64,000 nucleotides of DNA from Candidatus Latescibacterota bacterium (lineage in GTDB: Bacteria; Latescibacterota; UBA2968). Under the pieces are notes generated by a model. The model made no database searches. It was not told the DNA's origin and saw only the letters and a list, made by a program, of their open reading frames with translations. The translations under genes were made by a program, and so were the position numbers. Below, one piece after another: positions 41,796-51,791 of the stretch (positions are counted from its first letter, which is position 1; the number at the start of each line of letters is the position of its first letter). The stretch is from positions 4,256,001-4,320,000 of the forward strand of contig OZ242010.1 of assembly GCA_965204745.1 (NCBI GenBank), written 5' to 3'.

Positions 41796-42276
41796 TGGAA
41801 ACAGGGCGGGATTTATTCTTGGAATTGGAGGCGGTGGCGGGTATGCCCGCGATAGGGATACTTTTTTTGATGTGTCTAAGTCAAGTTTCGCCGGGAAAAC
41901 AGATTTTCTCATTGGATATGCGCCGAGCAATCGGCTGGCAATAACTTGGTCAAACAAAGTTTCCTGGTATGATTGGAAGTGGCCTGACTACGACTATGAC
42001 GGATTCTTTGCTTCCAACGGTACGGCTGGACTTGGAATTACTTACTTTCTGTCCGAAGATATAAATGCGAATTTCGTTCAGGCAGTAGTTGGATACAATG
42101 TTGTTTTCGCACCATTTGATGATGTGGGCTCTTCTGGAGGATTTGGACTCGGTATTGGCGTTGGGCGCGAAGTCTCAAAGAATTGGATCATAGGTTTAGA
42201 CGCGACTTGGGGCAGACCTGAAGAAGACGTAACGACATTTGGTATCGGTGTATATTTTTCGCATATCTGGTACTGA
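41716..42276 (+). CDS. Small outer-membrane beta-barrel protein
   Basis: Signal peptide ending GFA-F; alternating Gly/aromatic strands; C-terminal FGIGVYFSHIWY; AT-richer than the core genes. Confidence 0.8.
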   Translation: MIKLAQLALLALAMLATLFSGTGFAFDGNRAGFILGIGGGGGYARDRDTFFDVSKSSFAGKTDFLIGYAPSNRLAITWSNKVSWYDWKWPDYDYDGFFASNGTAGLGITYFLSEDINANFVQAVVGYNVVFAPFDDVGSSGGFGLGIGVGREVSKNWIIGLDATWGRPEEDVTTFGIGVYFSHIWY

Positions 42277-42488
42277 TGCGAATAAAGGGTTAAACCCGTC
42301 GCGTCCTTCTCGGTGCTTGCAGTGTGTGGATGGTCGTGCGTCCCAACCAGAGTTGTCAGATCAGCATGGGTTGTCTTGCGTTGTTGTTGTGTGGCTCAGT
42401 GTTCGGGGGGCGTGGAGATCGCGCTTTTTGAAAAGGCTTCGGGCGACGCCTATTCTAAAGTCGCCCAAACTTTCACAAGGAGCGAGTG

Positions 42489-45400
42489 ATGCGTAAACTG
42501 ATTTTGTCAACGGGCTTGTGTATGACCGCGCTCACAGCGCTGGTCTTTGTGGTCTATCAAGTCGCAGCCGAACCGGATGCCCAAGGCGGCGCGGCCACAG
42601 GGGAATCTTCCCCGATTTCTGAACGGCGAGCGAAAGTTGCCGCTGGTGCCAATGCCAATGCGCGGCTGTCGCTCGATCTGATTCCCAATGGCGGCGCGGG
42701 CGATCAGAGAGATAATGAAGTCACATCGGGCACCGCGTCTGGACGAGATACGATTGCCATTGAGGTTTTTGCAACCGGCGTGACCACCTCTTTGATCGGC
42801 ATGCAACTTCAGTTTGCCTTTGATGCGACTCTGTTGACCTTTGTCAAAGCGGAGAACCGCGCGTTTGTCTTTAACGTGCCACAACCGACGGGCACGGACT
42901 TCGCGGCGTTTTCGCCGGTTCGTTTGGCGTCGTCGGGTTTTCTGGCACGGGCAGAGTTCACCACGGCGCCCGATGTTACGGGCCGGGAATTTTCCATTGG
43001 CCTTGGGTTGGTGACGCTTTCTGAAAGTTTGTCCTCGAGCGATACGCTCACCACGACAAGCCGGATCTCGTTTAACGTTCCGACGACTTCCACGCCCGAT
43101 TTTAATGGCAATGGGAAGGTGGACTTTCCCGATTTCTTGGCGTTTGTCGCGCAATATGGCGCCCGGCGCGGGGATAGCAGATACGAAGCGAAGTACGATT
43201 TGAATAGCGATGGCGCGATAGACTTTCAGGATTTTCTGACTTTTGCCAGCAGTTATGGTCAGTCAGTGCCCCCTTCTGGTGGCGGGAGTCGCAGTCCGGA
43301 TCTGGTCGTTGAAGCGCCGTCGGTCAGCAATAGCACGCTGACGCCCGGTCAATCCTTCACCCTGCAAGCCACCGTTCGCAACCGGGGCACGGGGCCATCA
43401 GCTGCGACGACCTTGCGTTATCATCAATCGTCCGACGCGACGATCACGACCAGCGATAGGTCTGTGGGCACGGACGCAGTCAGCGTGCTTTCGGCTTCGG
43501 GCACGGGTTTGGAATCGATCCCTCTGACCGCGCCTTTGACCCCGGGCACGTATTACTACGGCGCGTGTGTGGCAAGCGTCAGCAACGAGAAAGATACCAG
43601 CAACAACTGCTCGACCGGCGTGCGCGTGACGGTCGGTGGTGGCGGTGGTGGCGGTGGCGGGAGTCGCAGTCCGGATCTGATCGTTGAATCGCCGTCGGTC
43701 AGCGATAGCACGCTGACGCCTGGGCAATCCTTCACCCTGCAAGCCACCGTTCGCAACCGGGGCACGGGGCCATCAACCGCGACGACCTTGCGTTATCATC
43801 AATCGTCCGACGCGACGATCGCGACCAGCGATAGGTCTGTGGGCACGGACGCAGTCAGCGTGCTTTCGGCTTCGGGCACGGGTTTGGAATCGATCCTTCT
43901 GACCGCGCCTTTGAGTGCTGGCACGTATTACTACGGCGCGTGTGTGGCTGCGGTCAGCGGCGAGACCGATGTCAGCAACAACTGCTCGACCGGCATCCGA
44001 GTGGTCGTTGGCGCGCCAGACCTGGTTGTACAATCGCCATCGGTGGATAATACCACGCTGACGCCGGGGCAGTCGCTCACGCTAAGCGCGAAGGTTCACA
44101 ATCAAGGCATGGCTGAGGCGGCGGCGACGACCCTGCGCTATTATCGCTCAACCGACGCGACGATCACCACCGGCGACACAGAAGTCGGCACGGATAGTGT
44201 GAACCGCTTGGCGGCCCGCAACGGCCTTGATACCTCGGTTCGGCTGACCGCGCCAGCGGCCACGGGCACGTATTACTACGGCGCGTGTGTGGCTGCGGTC
44301 AGCGGTGAGAAAGATACCAGCAACAACTGCTCGACCGGCGTCCAAGTGATCGTTGGCGCGCCAGGCTTGCTCGTGCAATCGCTGACGGCGAGTAATACCA
44401 CGCCGACGCCGGGGCAGTCGATCACGCTTCGCGCGACGGTGGGTAATCGAGGCACGGCGGCGGCGACCGCGGCGACCCTGCGCTATTACCAATCGTCTGA
44501 CGCGACGATCACGACCGGCGACACAGAAGTCGGCACGGCGGATGTGATAAGCACCCTGGCGGTGGGAGCGACGAGTGTGCAGTCGAGCAGTGTGACGACG
44601 CCAGCGACCGCGGGCACGTATTACTACGGCGCGTGTGTGGTAGCGGTCAGGGGCTCGAGCGATAACTGCTCGGCCGGCGTCCGAGTGGTCGTTGGCGCGC
44701 CAGACCTGCTCGTGCAATCGCCATCGGTGGATAATACCACGCCGACGGCTGGGCAGTCGATCACGCTACGTGCGACGGTGCTCAACCGAGGCACGGCGAC
44801 GGCCGCGGCGACCACCCTGCGCTATTACCTCTCAGCCGACGCGACGATCACGACCGGCGACACAAAAGTTGGCACGGCGGATGCGATAAGCGCCTTGGCG
44901 GTGTCGGCGACGAGTGAGCAGTCGAGCAGCGTGCCCGTGTCAGCGATCCCCGGCACGTATTACTACGGCGCGTGTGTGGTTGCGGTCAGCAACGAGAAAG
45001 ATACCAGCAACAACTGCTCGGCCAGCGTCCGGGTGACCGTTGGCGCGCCAGACCTGGTCGTGCAATCGCCATCGGTGGATAAGACCACGGCGGCGACGGC
45101 GCAGTCGCTTACGCTAAGCGCGACAGTGCGTAATCAAGGCACGGGGGCGGCGACGACGACCACCCTGCGCTATTACCTTTCAGCCGACGCGACGATCACG
45201 ACCGACGACACGCCAGTCGGCACGGACGCAGTCAGCGCCCTGGCGGTGTCGGCGACGAGTGTGCAGTCGAGTAGCGTGCCCGTGGCAGCGATCCCCGGCA
45301 CGTATTACTACGGCGCGTGCGTGGATGCGGTCAGCGGCGAGAGCAACACCACCAACAACTGCTCGACCGGCGTCCGGGTGACCGTTGGTACTCCAGACCT

Positions 45401-48400
45401 GCTTGTGCAATCGGCATCGGTGGATAATACCACGCTGACGCCGGGGCAGGCGTTCACGCTTCGCGCGACGGTGCTCAACCGAGGCACGGCGGCGGCGGCG
45501 ACGACGACCCTGCGCTACTATCAATCGTCCGACGCGACGATCACGACCGGCGACACAGAAGTCGGCACGGCAGATGCGATAAGCGCCCTGGCGGTGTCGG
45601 CGACGAGTGAGCAGTCGAGTAGTGTGACCGCACCAGCGACCGCGGGCACGTATTACTACGGCGCGTGTGTGGCGAGCATCGGCGAGAGCAACACCGACAA
45701 CAACTGCTCGACCGGCGTCCAAGTGATCGTTGGCGCGCCAGGCTTGCTCGTGCAATCGGTGTCGGTGGACGATACCACGCCGACGCCGGGGCAGGCGATC
45801 ACGCTTCGCGCGACGGTGGGTAATCGAGGCACGGCGGCGGCGACAGCGGCGACCCTGCGCTACTACCAATCGTCTGACGCGACGATCACGACCGGCGACA
45901 CAGAAGTCGGCACGGCGGATGCGATAAGCGCGCTGGCGGTGTCGGCGACGAGTGAGCAGTCGAGTCGTGTGACTGCGCCTTTGACCGCGGGCACGTATTA
46001 CTACGGCGCGTGTGTGTTAGTCAGGGGCTTGAGCGATACGAACAACAACTGCTCGGCCGGTGTCCGAGTGGTCGTCGGCGCGCCAGACCTGCTCGTGCAA
46101 TCGCCTGCGGTGGATAATACCACGCCGACGACAGGGCAGGCGTTCACGCTAAGCGCGACGGTGTTCAACCGAGGCACGGCTGAGGTAGCGGCGGCGACCC
46201 TGCGCTATTACCGCTCAACCGACGCGACGATCACGACCGGCGACACAGAAGTCGGCACGTCGGATGCGATAAGCGTGCTGGCGGTGTCGGCGAAGAGTGT
46301 GCAGTCGAGTAGCGTGACTGCGCCTTCGACCACGGGCACGTATTACTACGGCGCGTGCGTGGATGCGGTCAGCGGCGAGAGCAACACCAACAACAACTGC
46401 TCGGCCGGCGTCCAAGTGACCGTTGGCGCGCCAGACCTGCTCGTGCAATCGCCTGCGGTGGATAAGACCACGGCGACGCCGGGGCAGGTGCTCACGCTCC
46501 GCGCGACGGTGCGTAATCAAGGCACGGCGACGGCGACAGCGACCACTCTGCGCTATTACCAATCGTCTGACGCGACGATCACCACCAGCGACACGCAAGT
46601 CGGCACGTCGGATGCGATCAGCGCGCTGGCGGCGTCGGCGACGAGTGAGCAGTCGAGTAGCGTGACCGCGCCAGCGGCAGTGGGCACGTATTACTTTGGC
46701 GCGTGTGTGGCAAGCGTCAGTGCCGAGAGTGCGACGAACAACAACTGCTCGGATGGCGTGCGCGTCATGGTCGTTGTTCCTGACCTGATCGTTGAATCGC
46801 CTTCGGTGGACGATACCACGCCGACGCCGGAGCAGTCGATCACGCTTCGCGCGACGGTGCGTAATCAAGGCACCGGGCAGGCCGCAACGACGACCCTTCG
46901 CTATTACCGCTCAACCAATGCGACGATCACGACCGGCGACACAGAAGTTGGCTCGGCGGATGCGATCAGCGCGCTGGCGGCGTCGGCGACGAGTGAGCAG
47001 TCGAGTAGCGTGACGGCGCCAACAACCGCGGGCACGTATTACTACGGCGCGTGTGTGGCAAGCGTCAGCGGCGAGACCGATGTCAGCAACAACTGCTCGG
47101 CCGGCGTCCAAGTGACCGTTGGTGCGCCAGACCTGCTTGTGCAATCGCCTTCGGTGGACGATACCACGCCGACGCCTGGGCAGTCGATCACGCTAAGCGC
47201 GACGGTGCGTAATCAAGGCACGGCCGAGGCCGCGGCGACGACCCTGCGCTATTACCAATCGTCTGACGCGACGATCACGACCGACGACACAGAAGTTGGC
47301 TCGTCGGATGCGATCAGCGCCCTGGCGGCGTCGGCGACGAGTGAGCAGTCGAGTAGCGTGACCGCACCAGCAACCGCGGGCATGTATTACTACGGCGCGT
47401 GTGTGGCAAGCGTCAGTGCCGAGACCGATGTCAGCAACAACTGCTCGGGCAGCGTCCAAGTGACCGTTGGCGCGCCAGACCTGGTTGTGCAATCGCCTTC
47501 GGTGGACGATACCACGCCGACGCCTGGGCAGTCGCTCACGCTAAGCGCGACGGTGCGTAATCAAGGCACGGCCGAGGCCGCGGCGACGACCCTGCGCTAT
47601 TATCAATCGTCTGACGCGACGATCACGACCGACGACACAGAAGTTGGCTCGTCGGATGCGATCAGCGCGCTGGCGGCGTCGGCGACGAGTGAGCAGTCGA
47701 GTAGCGTGACCGCACCAGCAACCGCGGGCACGTATTACTACGGCGCGTGTGTGGATGCGGTCAGCGGCGAGACCGATGTCAGCAACAACTGCTCGGCCGG
47801 CGTCCAAGTGACCGTTGGTGCGCCAGACCTGCTTGTGCAATCGCCTTCGGTGGACGATACCACGCCGACGCCTGGGCAGTCGATCACGCTAAGCGCGACG
47901 GTGCGTAATCAAGGCACGGCCGAGGCCGCGGCGACGACCCTGCGCTATTACCAATCGTCTGACGCGACGATCACGACCGACGACACAGAAGTTGGCTCGT
48001 CGGATGCGATCAGCGCCCTGGCGGCGTCGGCGACGAGTGAGCAGTCGAGTAGCGTGACCGCACCAGCAACCGCGGGCATGTATTACTACGGCGCGTGTGT
48101 GGCAAGCGTCAGTGCCGAGACCGATGTCAGCAACAACTGCTCGGGCAGCGTCCAAGTGACCGTTGGCGCGCCAGACCTGGTTGTGCAATCGCCTTCGGTG
48201 GACGATACCACGCCGACGCCTGGGCAGTCGCTCACGCTAAGCGCGACGGTGCGTAATCAAGGCACGGCCGAGGCCGCGGCGACGACCCTGCGCTATTATC
48301 AATCGTCTGACGCGACGATCACGACCGACGACACAGAAGTTGGCTCGTCGGATGCGATCAGCGCCCTGGCGGCGTCGGCGACGAGTGAGCAGTCGAGTAG

Positions 48401-50360
48401 CGTGACCGCGCCTTCAACCGCGGGCACGTATTACTACGGCGCGTGTGTGGTAGCAGTCAGCGGCGAGACCGATACGAACAACAACTGCTCGGCCGGCGTC
48501 CAAGTGACCGTTGGCGCGCCAGACCTGCTTGTGCAATCGCCTTCGGTGAATGATACCACGCCGACGCCTGGGCAGTCGATCACGCTAAGCGCGACGGTGC
48601 GTAATCAAGGCACGGCTGAAGCGGCGGCGACGACCCTGCGCTATTACCAATCGTCTGACGCGACGATCACGACCGGCGACACAGAAGTTGGCTCGTCGGA
48701 TGCGATAAGCGCGCTGGCGGCGTCGGCGACGAGTGAGCAGTCGAGTAGCGTGACCGCGCCAGCGACCGCGGGCACGTATTACTACGGCGCGTGTGTGGCA
48801 AGCGTCAGTGCCGAGACCGATGTCAGCAACAACTGCTCGGCCGGCGTCCAAGTGGTCGTTGGTGCGCCAGACCTGGTTGTGCAATTGCCTTGGGTGAGTA
48901 GTACCATACGGGCGACTGGGCAGGCGCTGACGCTAAGCGCGACGGTGCGTAATCAAGGCACGGCTGAGGCGGCGGCGACGACCCTGCGCTATTACCAATC
49001 GTCTGACGCGACGATCACCACTGGCGACACAGAAGTTGGCACGTCGGATGCGATAAGCGCACTGGCGGCTTCGGCGACGAGCGCGCAGTCAAGTAGCGTG
49101 ACCGCGCCAACGACCGCCGGCACATATTACTACGGCGCGTGTGTGGCAAGCGTCAGCGGCGAGAGTGCTACGAACAACAACTGCTCGGCTGGCGTACGCG
49201 TCACGGTCGTTGTTCCTGACCTGATCGTTGAATCGCCTTCGGTGAGTGATACCACGCGGGCGCCGGGGGAGTCGCTGACGCTAAGCGCGACGGTGCGTAA
49301 TCAAGGCACCGGGCGGGCCGCGGCGACGACCCTGCGCTATTACCAATCGTCTGACGCGACGATCACCACTGGCGACACAGAAGTTGGCTCGTCGGATGCG
49401 ATCAGAGCGCTGGCGGCGTCGGCGACGAATGCACAGTCGAGTAGCGTGACTGCTCCAGCGACCACCGGCACGTATTACTACGGCGCGTGTGTGGATGCGG
49501 TCAGCGGCGAGATCAACACCAACAACAACTGCTCGGGTGGCGTGCGCGTCACGGTGAAGCCGTCCAAGATGTACTGGGTGGGTGAGCACTGGACAAGAGG
49601 CCAATGGAGGCCTAAGATTCAGCGTGCCAACTTGGATGGCTCCAATGTCGAAGACCTCATCACCACAGGATTGAATTTGCCAAATGGCATCGCGCTGGAT
49701 GTGGGACGCGGAAAGATGTACTGGACGGTATATTGGTTCTCCCTTAACCAGGGTAAGATTCAGCGTGCCAACTTGGATGGCTCCAATGTCGAAGACCTCA
49801 TCACCGCAGGAGTGCATTCTACAGGTGGCATCGCGCTGGATGTGGGCCGCGGAAAGATGTACTGGACAAACCTGAGCGCGGGTAAGATTCAGCGTGCCAA
49901 CTTGGATGGCTCCAATGTCGAAGACCTCATCACCACAGGATTGGGGACGCCAGAAGGCATCGCGCTGGATGTGGGACGCGGAAAGATGTACTGGACGGAC
50001 TCTTACAAGCAAAAGATTCAGCGTGCCAACTTGGATGGCTCCAATGTCGAAGACCTCATCACCACAGGATTGACTGTGCCATTGGCCATCGCGCTGGATG
50101 TGGGACGCGGAAAGATGTACTGGACGGACTCTGACACGAATAAGATTCAGCGTGCCAACTTGGATGGCTCCAATGTCGAAGACCTCATCACCACAAAAGA
50201 CCCATTTTACATCGCGCTGGATGTGGGCCGCGGAAAGATGTACTGGACGGACACTGGCACGAATAAGATTCAGCGTGCCAACTTGGATGGCTCACTGATC
50301 GAAAATATCCAGCCCACAGGAACGTGGAATCCATATGGCATCGCGCTGGATTTGCGGTAG
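42489..50360 (+). CDS. Giant surface protein: signal/anchor, cohesin-like domain, dockerin-like EF-hand pair, 18 CARDB-like repeats, C-terminal six-bladed YWTD propeller
   Basis: DFNGNGKVDFPDFLAF and DLNSDGAIDFQDFLTF; 18 copies of PDL.V.SPSV..ATVRN.GT..TLRYY.S.D..GTYY(Y/F)GACV..NNCS; six KMYW..IALD repeats. Confidence 0.93.
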   Translation: MRKLILSTGLCMTALTALVFVVYQVAAEPDAQGGAATGESSPISERRAKVAAGANANARLSLDLIPNGGAGDQRDNEVTSGTASGRDTIAIEVFATGVTTSLIGMQLQFAFDATLLTFVKAENRAFVFNVPQPTGTDFAAFSPVRLASSGFLARAEFTTAPDVTGREFSIGLGLVTLSESLSSSDTLTTTSRISFNVPTTSTPDFNGNGKVDFPDFLAFVAQYGARRGDSRYEAKYDLNSDGAIDFQDFLTFASSYGQSVPPSGGGSRSPDLVVEAPSVSNSTLTPGQSFTLQATVRNRGTGPSAATTLRYHQSSDATITTSDRSVGTDAVSVLSASGTGLESIPLTAPLTPGTYYYGACVASVSNEKDTSNNCSTGVRVTVGGGGGGGGGSRSPDLIVESPSVSDSTLTPGQSFTLQATVRNRGTGPSTATTLRYHQSSDATIATSDRSVGTDAVSVLSASGTGLESILLTAPLSAGTYYYGACVAAVSGETDVSNNCSTGIRVVVGAPDLVVQSPSVDNTTLTPGQSLTLSAKVHNQGMAEAAATTLRYYRSTDATITTGDTEVGTDSVNRLAARNGLDTSVRLTAPAATGTYYYGACVAAVSGEKDTSNNCSTGVQVIVGAPGLLVQSLTASNTTPTPGQSITLRATVGNRGTAAATAATLRYYQSSDATITTGDTEVGTADVISTLAVGATSVQSSSVTTPATAGTYYYGACVVAVRGSSDNCSAGVRVVVGAPDLLVQSPSVDNTTPTAGQSITLRATVLNRGTATAAATTLRYYLSADATITTGDTKVGTADAISALAVSATSEQSSSVPVSAIPGTYYYGACVVAVSNEKDTSNNCSASVRVTVGAPDLVVQSPSVDKTTAATAQSLTLSATVRNQGTGAATTTTLRYYLSADATITTDDTPVGTDAVSALAVSATSVQSSSVPVAAIPGTYYYGACVDAVSGESNTTNNCSTGVRVTVGTPDLLVQSASVDNTTLTPGQAFTLRATVLNRGTAAAATTTLRYYQSSDATITTGDTEVGTADAISALAVSATSEQSSSVTAPATAGTYYYGACVASIGESNTDNNCSTGVQVIVGAPGLLVQSVSVDDTTPTPGQAITLRATVGNRGTAAATAATLRYYQSSDATITTGDTEVGTADAISALAVSATSEQSSRVTAPLTAGTYYYGACVLVRGLSDTNNNCSAGVRVVVGAPDLLVQSPAVDNTTPTTGQAFTLSATVFNRGTAEVAAATLRYYRSTDATITTGDTEVGTSDAISVLAVSAKSVQSSSVTAPSTTGTYYYGACVDAVSGESNTNNNCSAGVQVTVGAPDLLVQSPAVDKTTATPGQVLTLRATVRNQGTATATATTLRYYQSSDATITTSDTQVGTSDAISALAASATSEQSSSVTAPAAVGTYYFGACVASVSAESATNNNCSDGVRVMVVVPDLIVESPSVDDTTPTPEQSITLRATVRNQGTGQAATTTLRYYRSTNATITTGDTEVGSADAISALAASATSEQSSSVTAPTTAGTYYYGACVASVSGETDVSNNCSAGVQVTVGAPDLLVQSPSVDDTTPTPGQSITLSATVRNQGTAEAAATTLRYYQSSDATITTDDTEVGSSDAISALAASATSEQSSSVTAPATAGMYYYGACVASVSAETDVSNNCSGSVQVTVGAPDLVVQSPSVDDTTPTPGQSLTLSATVRNQGTAEAAATTLRYYQSSDATITTDDTEVGSSDAISALAASATSEQSSSVTAPATAGTYYYGACVDAVSGETDVSNNCSAGVQVTVGAPDLLVQSPSVDDTTPTPGQSITLSATVRNQGTAEAAATTLRYYQSSDATITTDDTEVGSSDAISALAASATSEQSSSVTAPATAGMYYYGACVASVSAETDVSNNCSGSVQVTVGAPDLVVQSPSVDDTTPTPGQSLTLSATVRNQGTAEAAATTLRYYQSSDATITTDDTEVGSSDAISALAASATSEQSSSVTAPSTAGTYYYGACVVAVSGETDTNNNCSAGVQVTVGAPDLLVQSPSVNDTTPTPGQSITLSATVRNQGTAEAAATTLRYYQSSDATITTGDTEVGSSDAISALAASATSEQSSSVTAPATAGTYYYGACVASVSAETDVSNNCSAGVQVVVGAPDLVVQLPWVSSTIRATGQALTLSATVRNQGTAEAAATTLRYYQSSDATITTGDTEVGTSDAISALAASATSAQSSSVTAPTTAGTYYYGACVASVSGESATNNNCSAGVRVTVVVPDLIVESPSVSDTTRAPGESLTLSATVRNQGTGRAAATTLRYYQSSDATITTGDTEVGSSDAIRALAASATNAQSSSVTAPATTGTYYYGACVDAVSGEINTNNNCSGGVRVTVKPSKMYWVGEHWTRGQWRPKIQRANLDGSNVEDLITTGLNLPNGIALDVGRGKMYWTVYWFSLNQGKIQRANLDGSNVEDLITAGVHSTGGIALDVGRGKMYWTNLSAGKIQRANLDGSNVEDLITTGLGTPEGIALDVGRGKMYWTDSYKQKIQRANLDGSNVEDLITTGLTVPLAIALDVGRGKMYWTDSDTNKIQRANLDGSNVEDLITTKDPFYIALDVGRGKMYWTDTGTNKIQRANLDGSLIENIQPTGTWNPYGIALDLR

Positions 50361-50391
50361 TGCCATCAACGGTGGCGGTGGCTGTTTTTAA

Positions 50392-50612
50392 GAGGACCTA
50401 TCCCCCGGCCCCGTTACTCGCTACGCTTCGTTGTAGGCTACGCCTGTGCCTACGAGGAAAGGGGAGGAAAGCGCCTTTGATGGCTTAATCAAGGGTTGCG
50501 CTGATGGCATTGACCGAGTGCATAAAGCGATTAAAAATCTCTCACGCCATCCCCTCGCAAAACCGCTCGCCATGCCCCCTTCCTTTAAGGAAGGGGGTTA
50601 GGGGGTAGGTCT
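50392..50612. repeat. Partial copy of the MITE/REP-like palindromic unit
   Basis: GGACCTATCCCCCGGCCCC..CCTACGAGGAAAGGGG..CCCCCTTCCT..AGGAAGGGGGTTAGGGGGTAGGT; no TIR retained. Confidence 0.75.
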
Positions 50613-50626
50613 CCCTCGCAATCCCC

Positions 50627-50669
50627 AACCGCAGGATATAAGACGGGGCGAACGCACACGGCGGGGCGG
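50627..50669 (+). repeat. 43-bp direct repeat left of the Rpn array
   Basis: AACCGCAGGATATAAGACGGGGC(G/T)AACGCACACGGC(G/A)GGGCGG; second copy at 54084..54126. Confidence 0.85.
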
Positions 50670-50775
50670 TAGTGCGGCGCGGCTGGGGAAAATCACTTGA
50701 CAGCGCGAGCGGGATTGCGGATTATTTATTTTGTTCCGCAAGTCGTTCAAACCATAGCACATCAGGAGGCGTCTC

Positions 50776-51765
50776 ATGGCAGAATACGATACGATTCCCA
50801 AGCAGTTGATGCACCTCTACCCGCAAGACCTCATCCGCTTGGCACTCGGACGCGAGGAGGTCGAAATTGAAGTTGAAGAAGTCCTCGACACCGAACTCCC
50901 CAAGGTGGAAACGCGCCTGGTCGATAGCCTTATTCGCGTGCGGATCGATGGCGAGGAAGCCTTGATCCACATCGAATTTCAAACCTCGGATAGCGCGAAT
51001 ATGGCTCGTCGCATGGCTTCCTATATCATTCGTCTCATCGAGCAGTATGACTTGCCGGTCTATTCCTTTGTCATCTATCTGCGTCCCAATGCCGGGCGGA
51101 GCGATAAGGGATTTTTCCGCCAAGATCATGCGGACTTCCCCGTGCTGGTGCGCTACAAGGTGATTCGGTTGAGCGAGCTGGACGGGCAGGGCATTCTTGA
51201 AGGCGACCAGGCCGGCTTGCTTCCTTTCGCGCCCTTGATGAAGCCGCCTGTGGGGATGGGTTCCGAAGATTGGTTGCGTGCGTGTGTTCGCAAGGGCGAT
51301 TCGGTTTCGTTGGATGAGGCAGACAAGGCGAATTATTTGGGTAGCTTGGCGGTCTTGAGTGGGTTGGCGTATGATCCTGCCACCATCAACCGAATTTTTT
51401 CCCAGGAGGGTTTTATGGACGCGATTATGCGTGAGTCATCGTTTGCCCAGTACCTCGAGGAGCGCGGCATTGAGCGCGGCATCGAGCAGGGAATCGAGCG
51501 CGGCATTGAGCAGGGAATCGAGCGCGGCATTGAGCAGGGAATCGAGCAGGGAATCGAGCAGGGAATCGAGCAGGGCGTTGAACGAGGCATTCGAGAGAGC
51601 ATCCGAGAAGCGTTGGCGATTCGCTTTGATGCAGGTGTGGCCGGTCAGTTCGCCGCTCGCATTGCGACCATCGACGATTTGCAACGGCTCAAGCAGTTGC
51701 TTCGCTCGGCGATGCAAGTGGATGATCTGGCGGCCTTTCAGCGCGTGTTGGATGCGGAAGCCTAA
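50776..51765 (+). CDS. Rpn/YhgA-like PD-(D/E)XK nuclease, copy 1
   Basis: [36 protein letters not shown]; (G-I-E-Q/R)n coiled coil; DUF4351-like C-terminus. Confidence 0.9.
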   Translation: MAEYDTIPKQLMHLYPQDLIRLALGREEVEIEVEEVLDTELPKVETRLVDSLIRVRIDGEEALIHIEFQTSDSANMARRMASYIIRLIEQYDLPVYSFVIYLRPNAGRSDKGFFRQDHADFPVLVRYKVIRLSELDGQGILEGDQAGLLPFAPLMKPPVGMGSEDWLRACVRKGDSVSLDEADKANYLGSLAVLSGLAYDPATINRIFSQEGFMDAIMRESSFAQYLEERGIERGIEQGIERGIEQGIERGIEQGIEQGIEQGIEQGVERGIRESIREALAIRFDAGVAGQFAARIATIDDLQRLKQLLRSAMQVDDLAAFQRVLDAEA

Positions 51766-51791
51766 CGCGATTCCCTGTCAGGAGGCGTCTC

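Noticed and set aside
40436-50357. Diversity-generating retroelement acting on the propellers
   Set aside because: No reverse transcriptase or template repeat in the window, and the variation includes length changes rather than adenine-only substitutions. A DGR elsewhere in the genome cannot be excluded.
50627-50669. Group II intron domain V or tRNA fragment
   Set aside because: The minus-strand GCCGTGTGCG start does not complete a domain V hairpin, and there is no cloverleaf or intron ORF.
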